Below the pieces are notes generated by a model. The model saw nothing but the letters and a program-made list of their open reading frames with translations, was not told where the DNA came from and did no database searches. The translations under genes and the position numbers were made by a program. From Chiloscyllium plagiosum (lineage: Eukaryota), in contig NC_057719.1 of NCBI RefSeq assembly GCF_004010195.1, positions 49,251,336 to 49,315,335 on the forward strand: a stretch of 64,000 bases of DNA. Direction: 5' to 3'. Below are positions 1-10,814 of this stretch, one piece after another; the first letter of the stretch is position 1, and the number at the start of each line of letters is the position of its first letter.

Positions 1-575
1 GGTCAGGCAGCATCCAGGGAACAGGAGAATCGACATTTCGGGCATAAGCCCTTCTTCAGGAATGAATAATGAGGAAAGTTTGTCCAGCAGGCTAAGATAA
101 AAGGTAGGGAGGAGGGACTTGGGGGAGGGGTGTCGGAAATGTGATAGGTGGAAAGAGGTCAAGGTGAGGGTGAAAGGTCAGACTGGGGTGGGGCGGAGAG
201 GTCGGGAAGAAGATTGCAGGTTAGGAAGGCGGTGCTGAATTCGATGGATTTGACTGAGACAGGGTGGGGGGAGGGGAAATGAGGAAACTAGTGAAATCCG
301 AGTTCATCCCTTGTGGTTGGAGGGTTCCTAGGCGGAAGATGAGGCGTTCTTCCTCCAACCGTCGTTTTGTTGTGGTCTGACGATGGAGGAGTCCAAAGAC
401 CTGCATATCCTTGGTGGAGTGGGAGGGGGAATTGAAATGTTGAGCTACAGGGTGGTTGGGTTGGTTGGTCCGGGTGTCCCAGAGGTGTTCTCTGAAACGC
501 TCCGCAAGTAGCCGGCCTGTCTCCCCAATATAGAGGAGGCCACATCGGGTGCAGAGGATGCAATAGATGATATCA
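1..575 (-). mobile_element. Penelope-like element 3' fragment (GIY-YIG endonuclease C-terminus plus terminal repeat with hammerhead core)
   Basis: ORF 221..652(-) contains IIYCILCTRCGLLYIGETGRLLAERFREH...HFNSPSH...LIFRLGTLQPQGMN. The minus strand at ~30-62 reads CTGAAGA-A-GGGC-ttat-GCCC-GAAATGTC. Confidence 0.9.
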
Positions 576-694
576 GTGAGCTTCAGGTGAAGCACAGGTG
601 TTATGTTCTGCTTTCTATTTGTGCTTAAGTCTCCTTGGGTTGGTGATGTCATTTTATGTTTTGCTGATAAGAACAGGAAGTTTTGTTAAAACTA

Positions 695-1287
695 GACAAG
701 GTACTAGTCAGACCACAGTTGGATTACTGAAAACAGTTTGGTTCCTTTATCTAAGCAAAGATATGCTGGCATTGGAGGAAGTCCAGAGAAGGTTCACAAA
801 GTTAATTTTGGATGTAGGTTTGCTTGCTGAGCTGGAAGGTTCATTTTCAAACGTTTTGTCAACATCTTCAGTGACCCTCTGGATGAAGCACTGGTGGTGC
901 AGCTCGCTTTCAGTTTATATGTTTTGGTATGATTTTGGGTATGAAGGGATTCTCTTATCAGGAGAGGTTGAATAGGTTGTGCCTGTAGTCATTGGGCTAT
1001 AGAAGAATGAGAGGAGACCTTATTGAAGCACACATGATAATTATGGGACTTGACAGGATAGATACAAAATGGTTGTTTGTCCTTGTGCTCGACTCGAGGA
1101 CTGAACAATCTAATCTGAGTAACAGGCGATAAAGGGTTTTTTTTTAATCTGAGAATGGAATCATTGGAATTCTTTACTGAGGAGGGTGTCAAGACTAGGT
1201 TGTTAAGTATATTCAAGGCTGAGATAGATTTTTTTGTAAGGGAATTTGAGATAAGGCAGGAAAGTGGAGTTGAGGATTATCAGATTT
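695..1287 (+). mobile_element. CR1-type LINE ORF2 3' fragment, interrupted by a Penelope terminus
   Basis: Translates to LVRPQ..., YLSKDMLALEEVQRRFTKLI and RRMRGDLIE, the typical CR1 C-terminal motifs. The 3' UTR is truncated at ~1287. Confidence 0.85.
806..940 (-). mobile_element. Penelope terminal-repeat fragment
   Basis: ggatgtaggtttgcttgctgagctggaaggttc is the reverse complement of the Penelope end at ~52165-52200. Confidence 0.7.
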
Positions 1288-1289
1288 GT

Positions 1290-3658
1290 CTACATCTGCT
1301 TTGGTGTTTTATAGTCTTGTGAAGCAGAAGTGATCCCTCCCCCAAAGTAGACAACATTCATTATAGAGCCAAAAACTCTCAACTCTGGAAATAACTAGCC
1401 ATCATTGAAAACAATAGCTGTAATTTCTCCTAGTGAAACGTGTGTCCTTAATACATCATGGGACAGAAATTGCGAGGTCTATGTCATGGGTGATTTCAGG
1501 CTTTGTTAGGGTAGTGTCATTGAAAGTAAGTCCCTGCCTCCCCTGTGCACTGAAGCAATGTGGTTCATGTGGTTACCTGAGCCATAGTAAAATCTGAGGG
1601 AGTGAGGATTAAAGAGGAGGTCATCACCACACAGAGACCCCTTTGGCCAGCTGAGGTGTAGGGGCCTGAGGGAAAAGCTGGACCTGACATTATCCTTATG
1701 ACAGACTTAGAAATGATTTCACACGAGTTAACCAGAGTGGTGATTTTTAACAGATTCTCCCAGCTATACGCTCCCTCAATGTAAAAGAAGCGAGCTGTGA
1801 CACCATGGCCAAAGGCCCGCTCAAGAAACTGCAGGATGACATTGGAAGGATACTGGGCGAAGAGCATATTGATTTCTACCAGCTTTAGTATCAAACAATC
1901 TTCCACTGAAATACTCAATGCATTTGCAGAGACGTCATGTTTGTTGCCACAAGATCTGCTTAGAGGAGGGAGAGAAACCAGATCGGGGGTGAAGACTGAG
2001 AGTCCCCAAGTTCTTTCTGAAAAAGTTCTAACCATCAATCTGCACCACATGGGTGTTTCCATGAATAAAAAAAGCTTGGAATGAATTGATCTGTTAAGCT
2101 AGAGGTGGCTACCTATGGCCCTTGGACCACATATGACAGAATTTCACACGGTCCCATGTCTACTGGTAGATGAATTACGAGCTCATTTGTTGGGTTTCCA
2201 TAATTAATAATTACATACCTTTAAACAAGAAGGATCACAGACCAGGAAGAAAAGGAGCTGCTGCTCCTAATAGAGGCCCTTTCTCTCTGATGTGTGTTGC
2301 TGCAGGTTTACTGGTGAGCCTACCAGCATCTAATAGAGATGCAGTTGTGATTGGAGTAACGGCACATGGTCTGAGACAAGGCAGCTCTGCTTCTTAACCA
2401 AAAAGGCAAAACTTGGCTTGATGATTAAACCTTTCTGTTTGGCACTTTTTAATTGTCTTTCTGATTAAATACTCATTTAAGGGAACAAGTTTATTCTTAT
2501 GGTGAGTGGACAACCCTTTCTGAAATTTGCTTACTGGCCCACTAAGGAGAATTGAAATGTGTTCCCCTGTTCCATGTGAAAAAGTAGGACAACCCTGTGT
2601 GTTGCTAATACATACTGGGGACAAGTTTGTATTAATACTGTCTTTTTTTATGCGGTGCGTGGATCTCTGAGGTCTGTATTTAGCAGCGACTTCCAAAACC
2701 CATAACAGTTAGGCACTCACAGTGAACATCCTAGAGAGTGTGTTGATCTATAATAGCCTTCCTTGAACGTCTACATTGCCTAAGATAGCAAGGATCTAGA
2801 GGACCTCGCTAAGCCCTAAATCTGGGTCACTTCAATCCTTGCGAATAAAGGTTACCTGACATTGCTGGGTCACTACACTGATGGTTGCTGTAGAAAGGAA
2901 GAGGCTGACAAGGAGAGCAAGTCCCACTTCCCAGCTCCTCCTCTTACCCTAGCCCAGTTGACAAGTGCGGACGATGTGATAGAGGCCATGAGGATCAGAG
3001 AGGGCATTCTGTAGCTAACTGTGGCAGTAACCTAAAATCCCTGGCTAACATCCATTGTCTGTTCTGAATCCCATTGGCCTCCCAAGGAGGGACAGGATCC
3101 CTTGTCCAATATGATGAATATAAGATTCTAAAGTCCATAATATTAATAGTCATGTTTGTCACAATCAATGATAGTGGACTCTGGCTCATCTGCCACCATT
3201 ATTCATAACTTCTTCCCAGACTCCAAGAACGGCTGGTTACAAATCCTAACAGGATTCAATCCATCCATCCCTTCCCATCGACTTATTATAAATAGGATTC
3301 AAGTCAAGACTTGGAACAAACAGCGGGCAGTCAGGACCGCAATCACAAAAGAGAAGTCAGGTGCCTTTCGCCTTTTGTAGTGAGGTTTTTCTGATGATTC
3401 CAGCTGGTGTTGGAGCATAGCTAAAATTGCAGAAAGCTCAGCTTCGCCTCCCCCCCACCCCCCCCCCCATGCAGTGAGGCAAAGCTGGCATGCAATGCTA
3501 CCCTCGACCGGGCAAGGACAGAGGCAGAACTGGCAGGCAAAAGCACAGTTACAGAGGACATCGGAATCCTTCACAAATCGATTTCCCCCAGTGAAGATAA
3601 AAAGGGCCCTGGTGAAAATTGGTGTATTTGCACGGAGATTCCATGACAGTTACAATGC
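1290..3658 (+). pseudogene. Candidate endogenous viral element: decayed negative-strand RNA virus (Mononegavirales/Jingchuvirales-like) L-protein methyltransferase region plus downstream sequence
   Basis: + strand with stops and frameshifts: NSGNN*PSLK (K ~1408), VYVMGD/SG (~1489), PDIILMTDLEM (D ~1704), K 36 codons later, ISTSFSIKQSSTE (E 68 codons after D). No resemblance to the repeat families in this window. Confidence 0.45.
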
Positions 3659-4131
3659 GAGTCATAGAGATGTGCAGCACAGAAACAGACCCTTCAGTCC
3701 AACTTGTCCATGCTGACCAGATATCCTAACCATATCTAGTCCCATTTTGCTGCATTTGGCCCATATCCCTCCATCCCTTCCTATTCATATACCCATCCAA
3801 TTGCCTTTAAAATGTTGCAATCGTACCAGCCTCCATCACTTCCTTTGGCAGTTCATTCCATACATGCACCACCCTCTGCGTGAAAAGTTGCCTCCAAGGT
3901 CCCTTTTAAATCTTTTCCTTCTCACTCTAAACCTATGCCTTCTAGTTCTGCCCCCACAGTTCTGCCCCACCCCCACCCCTCCCCCTCCCCCACCCCAGGG
4001 AAAAGACTTTGTCTATTTATCCTATCCATGCCCCTCATGATTTTATAAACCTCCATAAGGTCACCCCTCAAGCTTGTGATGCTCCAGGGAAAACAGCCCC
4101 AGCCTTTTCAGCCTCTTCCTGTAGCTCAACC
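3659..4131 (-). mobile_element. CR1/HER1-type LINE 3' end
   Basis: Reverse complement of the LINE tail at 10490-10810 (FTQRVV..WN.LP.EV motif, ...ctctatgactc tail). Confidence 0.85.
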
Positions 4132-5791
4132 TACTTTACATTCAAGTCAAGTCATTGCTAAAACAGGGTGTTGTTCAAAAACATCAAAATTGTTTTGAAG
4201 AAGAAGTCAAGACAGTTTAAACAAATTTGACAATGATCTGAAATGCTGCTCAGTTTCTGTGCTGTGCTAGTACAGGCTATGGAAGCAGCAGTTTTTTTTT
4301 TCCCCCAAATATAACAATGAGACTGATGTCTTGGCAGGAATCCCATTTGAAGTTAGAATTGGAGAAACGGAGAGATACATAATCCCTTCCACTTGTGGGT
4401 TTAGACATCATGCTGCATTCTAACCCTTCTGCCTTGAATAGAGTTTTGTTCTTTTTGTTTGTAAGTAGTTGCAAGTGTAGCAAGATTTGTGGTAACTTCA
4501 AGAATTTGATCACATCTTGGAAAAACAACAAGAAATTAAAGCTCACTGCTGAACTGAATTTTAAAAAGAAAAGATACAACTTAATAGCACTAGATGTGTG
4601 GTTTTGGACATTAAAAAACTTTAAATTTCTAAATTTATAGATATGATTGATATTATTAATTCATTGGGGTCCTAATCATAGCCACAAACGCTTTTATAAT
4701 TGTGCTTGTAAATAGTGTCATATGAATACTGATACCACAAAAAGACACCCGGGAGTCTCACCTGCAGACGTCAAATTCAGACTAAAGACTTTGCCTTTCA
4801 CAGACTAGCCTTGATCAGTCAGACCATTTGTTATCTTTTGAGATGAAGTTTTGAGAATGGGAGAACCCTACACTGACTGTGATCAATTGTGTCTCCAATG
4901 TAAAAGCACCATTTAAAATCACCAAGCCTAGACATAATTGTTTCTGAAATTGGGATTGATAAAATAACTTGATATTAGTTGCTTTTTCATGTACTCAATA
5001 GAAAGTTTATATGAAGTTTAAGAGGACAAACAAATTTAAAATTTGAATGTAAATCAAATGTCAATGCAAAACAGCCAAGGTGGTTTTAATTTGTGTCAGA
5101 AACTGGAAGTGTATGTTTTGGGATGAAATGAATTGACCATCTGTCAATCCAACAACACTGCTGAGCTGTACATCATCATAAAATAAAAATCCCAAGGTGT
5201 TGTGGCCATATTTGAATTTTGGGTCATTTCAAAATAAGGAATGGTTGAGCATAACCTAGCAAAATACATTTGAAAATTTCTTTTGAGAAAGAATATCAAG
5301 CAGAATAATGTTTGATTTATTTTTTAAAGATATTAATAAAGTATTTGAAGTTTCTCCAGAGGTTCTGAATCTGATTAAATTGGAATTATTGTATATGCCA
5401 CTTTGAATAATAGATATAAACAGGAAATTGATTTCAATTTTGGATGGGAATACCTCATCTTGGGTACAGTTAAATGGAATGTATCAAGCGAAAGGAAAGT
5501 TTAGATGAAACTTATTAATTGAAAGCTTTATCTTGAGATATGTGTATCCTTGCCCATGAACCGCTTTATAAAGTGAAGAGAAATGGATGGTTTGGTCACC
5601 ATCCTGAAATAGTCAGAAAGTTTATACAGCGCCTTCCTTCACTTCTGATCTTTCAATTAGTTCACCTGAAAGTCAAGAACGCGTGGCATGATGCTAGGAT
5701 AGTGGCCAAAACATATGGAAGTCACATCTGAAATAACTAACATAAGGGTTAAAATTCACTGAAGAACCTAATCATTCATATACACTTGACT

Positions 5792-6682
5792 GAGAGGAAG
5801 TGAAGACTGCAGATGCTGGAGATCAGAGTCGAAAAGTGTGGCGCTGGAAAAGCGCAGCAGGTCAGGCAGCATCCAAGGAGTACGAGAGTCGACATTTCAG
5901 GTTTAAGTACTTATTCAGGAATGTGGAGGGAGGGGCTGAGAGGTAAATAGGGTGGGGGTGGGCGCAAGATAGCTAGGAAGGCAATAGATCAATGAAGGTG
6001 GGGGTTGATGGTGATAGGTTGGAGGTGAGCGTTGAGCGGATAGGTGGGAAAGAAGATGGACAGGTAGGACATTTCAAGAGGGCGGTGCAAATTTGGAGGG
6101 TTGGATATAGGATGAGGTAGGGGAAGGATGATAAGGATGTCAACTCGCGAAATGTTTCAGGGAATGTCTCTGGGGCACATGCACCAAACAACCCCACTGC
6201 GCTGTGGCTGACCACTTCAACTCCCGCTCCCATTCCGCCAAGGACATGCAAGTCCTGGACCTCCTTCACCATCAAATCGAAGCCACCTGACGACTAGAGG
6301 AAGAACACTTCATCTTCTGCCTTGAGACCTTCCAACCACAAGGCATTGACATCAACTTCACCAGTTTCCTTATCTTCCCTACCCCCACCTCATCTCAGAT
6401 TCAACTCTCCAACTCAACACTGCTCTCTTGAACTATCCTACCTGTCCATCTTCCTTCTCACGTATCACAATCACCCCCCACCTGCATCTACCTATTGCCT
6501 TCCCAACTACCTTCCCCCCTACCCCTCTAACTCCCCACCCTCCTATTTATCTCTCAGCCCCCTTCCCACACCCCTCCTTGCCTCAACATTCCTGATGAAG
6601 GGCTTATGCCTGAAATGTCAACTCTCCTGCTCCTCAGATGCTGCCTGACCTGCTGTGCTTTTCTGTGCACCACAATTTTCAA
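5792..6682. mobile_element. Penelope-like element with inverted arrangement (minus-strand terminus then plus-strand GIY-YIG fragment and terminus)
   Basis: 6130-6370(+) encodes ...HFNSRSHSAKDMQVLDLLH...LEEEHFIFCLETFQPQGIDINF. Hammerhead-like CTGATGA-A-GGGC-ttat-GCCT-GAAATGTC at ~6592. 5800-5920 is an inverted copy of the terminus. Confidence 0.85.
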
Positions 6683-7169
6683 TTTGTATATGTTTGCTTG
6701 ATAAAATGGTTATTGTGATCTGAAGAGCAAGAAAACTATTTTAAATGATCAATTTACTAACATAATCCAAGGAGAAACTGACATAAAAGTAATCAAAGTC
6801 ATGCTGGCAACTTCGGATAAAATTTAAAACAAAAATGATTTTGGGTTGGTATAATTGAAAGCTAACTAAGTATTCAGTTAGTATCCACAGGATGAGTAAT
6901 TGTGAAGGGAGAACTAGAGAATTTTTCAAGTTCATGCATAATCTGTTGCTGTAATTTATTGTACCATAAGCAACCAAGGACAAACTGAAGTCTTTAGAAG
7001 GTGATAGGATTTCTTCAATGTGAAGTCAATGGGAAGAGAGGGCAAAATCCAACGCTTTGATGGAAGGAGAATGGAAAACAATAAAAAAAGGCGTCCAAGA
7101 GGAAAATAAAGCCAGACAAAAAGGTACCCTCTAGAGATCTGGATATATTGTGTCACAATGATAGAATAA

Positions 7170-8440
7170 GGGATCCCACAACCACTGGATCTAAGCTCTG
7201 CAGTCTTGCCACATCCAGTCATGAATGGTGATAAACAATTAAACAACTCCCTAGAGGATGACCCTTCACAAACATCCTCCTCAATGATGGAGGAGCCCAA
7301 TACATCTGTACAAAACAGCCACAACAATCTTTGGCACAAAGTGCCAAACGGGTAATCCATCTTGGCTTCCTTCAGGGGTACTCAGTATCACAGATGTCAG
7401 TTTTTAGCTAACTTGATGCGCTCCATGTGATGTCAAGAAACAGTTAGAGCCACTGGATACTGCAAAGGCTCTGGCCTTGACAACATTCCAGCAATAGCAC
7501 TGAAGACCTGTGCTCCAGAACTTACTACACCCCTAGCCAAGTTCTTCCAGAGCAGTTACAACACTGGCACTTACCTGACAATGTGGAAAATCCAACTCAG
7601 TCAATTACCACACCATCAGTCTATTCTTAATCATCGGTAAAGTGATGTAAGTTGCCATCAACAGTGACTCTAACCATTTCTTGACATTGCGTGGAACACC
7701 TGATGATCAATAATCTGCTTGGTGATGCCCAGTTAGGGTTCTGCAAGGGCTGCTCAGATCCTGACCTCATTACTGCCTTGGTTCAAACATGGACAAAAGA
7801 ACTGAATTTCAGAGGGGAGGTGAGAGTGACAGCCCTTGACATCAAAGCTACATTCTACTGATTGTGGCATCAAGGAGCCATAGCAAAACAGGAATCATGG
7901 GGCTAGCTCTACACTGGTTGGGATCATACCTGCCACTTAGGAAGATGGTTGTGGTTGTTGGAGGTCAGCCATCTCAGCTGCAAGACATCTCTGCAGGAGT
8001 TTCTCATGTCATAGACCCAACTTAGCGCCTCACAGCGCCAGAGACCCAGGTTCAGTTCCCGCCTCAGGCGACTCTCTGTGTGGAGTTTGCACATTCTTCC
8101 TGTGTCTGCGTGGGTTTCCTCCAGGTGCTCCGGTTTCCTCCCACAGTCCAAAAATGTACAGGTTAGGGGAATGGGCCATGCTAAAATTGCCCGTAGTATT
8201 AGGTGTAGGGGAATGGGTCTGGGTGGGTTACGCTTCGGCGAGTTGGTGTGGACTTGTTCGGCCAAAGGGCCTGTTTCCACACTGTAAGTAATCTAATCTA
8301 ATCTAATCAAACTACCTTCAGTTGCTTCAAAAATAACCTTCCCTCCACCTTAAGGACTGAAGTGGTGATGTTTGCTGATGATTGCACAATGTTCAGCACC
8401 ATTCATGACTCCTCAGATATCGAAGCCATCCATGTCCATG
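7170..8440 (+). mobile_element. L2/Crack-like (CR1-group) LINE reverse transcriptase fragment
   Basis: ALKTCAPEL..PLAKFFQ, VTALDIKATF..LWHQG and MFADDCT motifs. Same family as 33436-35870. Confidence 0.85.
8021..8308 (+). mobile_element. HE1-type V-SINE inserted in the LINE
   Basis: tRNA B box ggttcagttcc, V domain gggtttcctccaggtgctccggtttcctcccaca, (aatct)n tail. Confidence 0.92.
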
Positions 8441-8469
8441 TTCATACTACACTGATCAGATAATTTTTG

Positions 8470-8760
8470 CTTTATGTCCTGTAAACTCATAAAAGGCCCT
8501 AACATGGTCACTCTTTGTACTCAGTTTACGTCAGATTCGAACCGGATCTTCAGCTGTCATATTGTTTGTCTGCCATAGCCTTGGTAGTAACATGGGTGGT
8601 ATTGTATCTGTGATATGCCTCAGTTTGTAGTTATATGATAGTGTCAACAGTTACTATTTCAGTGGATAGTCCTTGCCCCCAGTAGCCAGCCTTGTAGAGC
8701 ATATGGACTCTTAAACACAGCCTGAATATGAGTGTGCCACAGCTAGAAGACTGTTGCATT
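8470..8760 (-). mobile_element. PIF/Harbinger DDE transposase relic
   Basis: Minus strand LQGWLLGGKDYPLK**LLT, then TEAYHRYNTTHVTTK and LKIRF. This matches the Harbinger WLLGDxGYPL...YN..H...LK.RF block. Confidence 0.75.
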
Positions 8761-9064
8761 TTGAAAATAAGCAAATCAGCCATTTTAGCTGATGACTATG
8801 CACGGTCCCACAATTACATAGGTATCTGCAAACATTTGTTTGCAAACCCAATAAAACTGGAGCAATGAGAGAAGTAATAGTGAACCAAATCTATCTGGAA
8901 AGATAAATTATAATGAACATTTGAGCCACAGATGAAACCAGCTATTTCATGCTGCCACTGTGCAGTGTTAACAAAAGTGGTGTTCACTGCTCCCAGAATG
9001 CAGACCATCAAACCAAAACAACCTATTACACAGATGAATAATGTACTGTATAAATTTCAGGATT

Positions 9065-9235
9065 AGTGTGATGCCTCAGTTAGTGGTTACATGGTAGTGT
9101 CAACAGCTACTATTGCAGTGGATAGCCCTTGCCACCCATAAGCAGCCTTGTAGAGCATATGGACTCTTAAACACAGCCTGAACACGAATGTGTTCACAAC
9201 CAGCGAGGTACCGACTGCTGCAAAACCCACAATAA
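9065..9235 (-). mobile_element. Second partial copy of the Harbinger transposase segment
   Basis: Direct repeat of ~8609-8758 (shared cagccttgtagagcatatggactcttaaacacagcctgaa). Minus strand reads LMGGKGYPLQ. Confidence 0.7.
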
Positions 9236-9260
9236 TTATGATCTGGTAGGATTAAAAAGG

Positions 9261-9472
9261 GCTGAAAATGTGTTGCTGGAAAAGCGCAGCAAGTCAGGCA
9301 GCATCCAAGGAACAGGAGAATCGACGTTTCGGGCATAAGCCCTTCCTGAAGAAGGGCTTATGCCCGAAACGTCGATTCTCCTGTTCCTTGGATGCTGCCT
9401 GACCTACTGCGCTTTTCCAGCAACACATTTTCAGCTCTGATCTCCAGCATCTGCAGTCCTCACTTTCTCCTC
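9261..9472 (+). mobile_element. Short fold-back Penelope-derived element with 14-bp TSD
   Basis: 9261-9435 is a near-perfect palindrome followed by a 37-nt tail. TAGGATTAAAAAGG occurs at 9247-9260 and 9473-9486. Confidence 0.9.
9344..9375 (+). ncRNA. Minimal type I hammerhead ribozyme core
   Basis: tc-CTGAAGA-a-GGGC-ttat-GCCC-GAAAC-GTC-ga: both catalytic boxes, 4-bp stem II, palindromic ACGT stem III. Stem I is short. Confidence 0.65.
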
Positions 9473-9499
9473 TAGGATTAAAAAGGCCAAAGTTGATGC

Positions 9500-9843
9500 A
9501 ACAGCGTGGTGGTATTATCGCTAGGTTGTTAATCCAGACACCCAGGTAACGTTCTGGGGACTCCAGTTTGATTCCTGACATAGCAGATGGTGGAATTTGA
9601 ATTGAATTGTTAAAATCTGGAATTAGCTTCTAATGGTGACCATGAATCCATGGACAATTGTCAGAAAACCAATGTGGCTCAATAGTGTTCTTTAGGGAGG
9701 GAAACTGCTATTGTTACATGGTCTGGCCTATATGTGACTCCAGACCCACAAAGTGGTTGACTCAACTGCCCTCTGGGCAATTGGGAAGGGCAATAAATGC
9801 TGACCTAGCCAGCACTGCCCTTGTCCTGTGGATAAATAAGAAA
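9500..9843 (+). mobile_element. tRNA-derived SINE with L2/Crack-type 3' tail
   Basis: tRNA-like head. The tail gggcaataaatgctgacctagccagc matches the LINE 3' ends at ~33460-33490 and ~50690-50725 (reverse complement). Confidence 0.75.
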
Positions 9844-9902
9844 ACAAAAGAGCCATCAGAAGTCAGCAATGTGTTCTTTTTGAGGTTGACCAAACCAAAT
9901 CA

Positions 9903-10076
9903 AGAGGAACCTCGATTATCCAAACATCAATTATCCGAATTTTGGATTATCCGAATAAGATCACAGGGTCCCAATGCTTGGCTAAACAGTGTTATCTGGC
10001 ATTCAATTATCCGAATATTTGATTATCTGAACAACATACTCCCCGCTTGTGACGTTTGGATAATCGAGGTTCCTCT
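9903..10076. mobile_element. MITE, probably Tc1/mariner (pogo/Tigger-like)
   Basis: 23-bp perfect TIR agaggaacctcgattatccaaac / gtttggataatcgaggttcctct, with internal repeats of attatccgaa. Confidence 0.8.
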
Positions 10077-10489
10077 GCATATAGCTAACCAAGGACATGG
10101 AAATGTTGTGAAATCTTTTTTACTGGAGACGGGAGATTTACCACAGTGTGACTGACAGGGAAACCGGGAGCAGCAAAACAAATTCTTTAACATATGAGAG
10201 CAAGAGTCTTAAAAAAAATCAACTGAAAATGGACTTTAAATCCAAACTGTTGCATATGTTTTATTGATGCAACTAAAAACGTTGTGTTATGGCCAATATG
10301 GATTGTTTCATGCAAAATGTGGCAGCGTGAAAGGAGGGAGTTACTTCTACTGTCTATAGTAAACAATTTGTAAAAATGTATAGAATATCATGACCTGGAT
10401 TTAGCCAGATAGCTGTTTCCAAAGTGTTGAGCATTGTGTACAGGGACTCTGCAGAATCCTCTTCATAGTTGATTGTAAAGGAATTGTCC

Positions 10490-10810
10490 AGGAGGTAGGT
10501 GAGTCCAGAACTAGAGGGCATAGGTTTAGTGTGAGAGGGAAAAGATGTGAAAGAGATCTAAAGGGCAACTTTTTCGCTCAGAGGGTAGTGTGTGTATGGA
10601 ATGAGCTTCCAGAGGAAGTGGTGGAGGCTGGTACAATTGCAACATTTAAGAGGCATCTGGATGGGTATATGAATAGGAAGGATTTGGAGGGGTATGGGCC
10701 AGGTGCTGGCAGGTGAGACTAGATTGGGTTGGGATATCTGGTCAGCATGGACGATTTGAACCGAAAGGTCTGTTTCCATGCTGTACATCTCTATGATTCT
10801 ATGACTCTAA
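10490..10810 (+). mobile_element. CR1/HER1-type LINE 3' end
   Basis: ESRTRGH...NFFAQRVVCVWNELPEEVVEAGTIATFKRHLDGYM and a (ctatgatt)n tail. Confidence 0.9.
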
Positions 10811-10814
10811 GTTG

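Noticed and set aside
1565..2062. 165-aa minus-strand ORF as a real gene
   Set aside because: No recognisable domain. It is the codon-aligned antisense of the + strand frame that carries the MTase-like motifs.
7924..8287. Recurrent DCGRKPEHPEETHADTGRMCKLH ORFs (also 19078, 45557, 57696)
   Set aside because: These are translations of the non-coding HE1 SINE, not proteins.
9261..9435. Fold-back repeats as DNA-transposon MITEs, pre-miRNAs or CRISPR repeats
   Set aside because: The arms are Penelope termini, the TSDs are long and variable (retrotransposition-like), and there is no spacer array.
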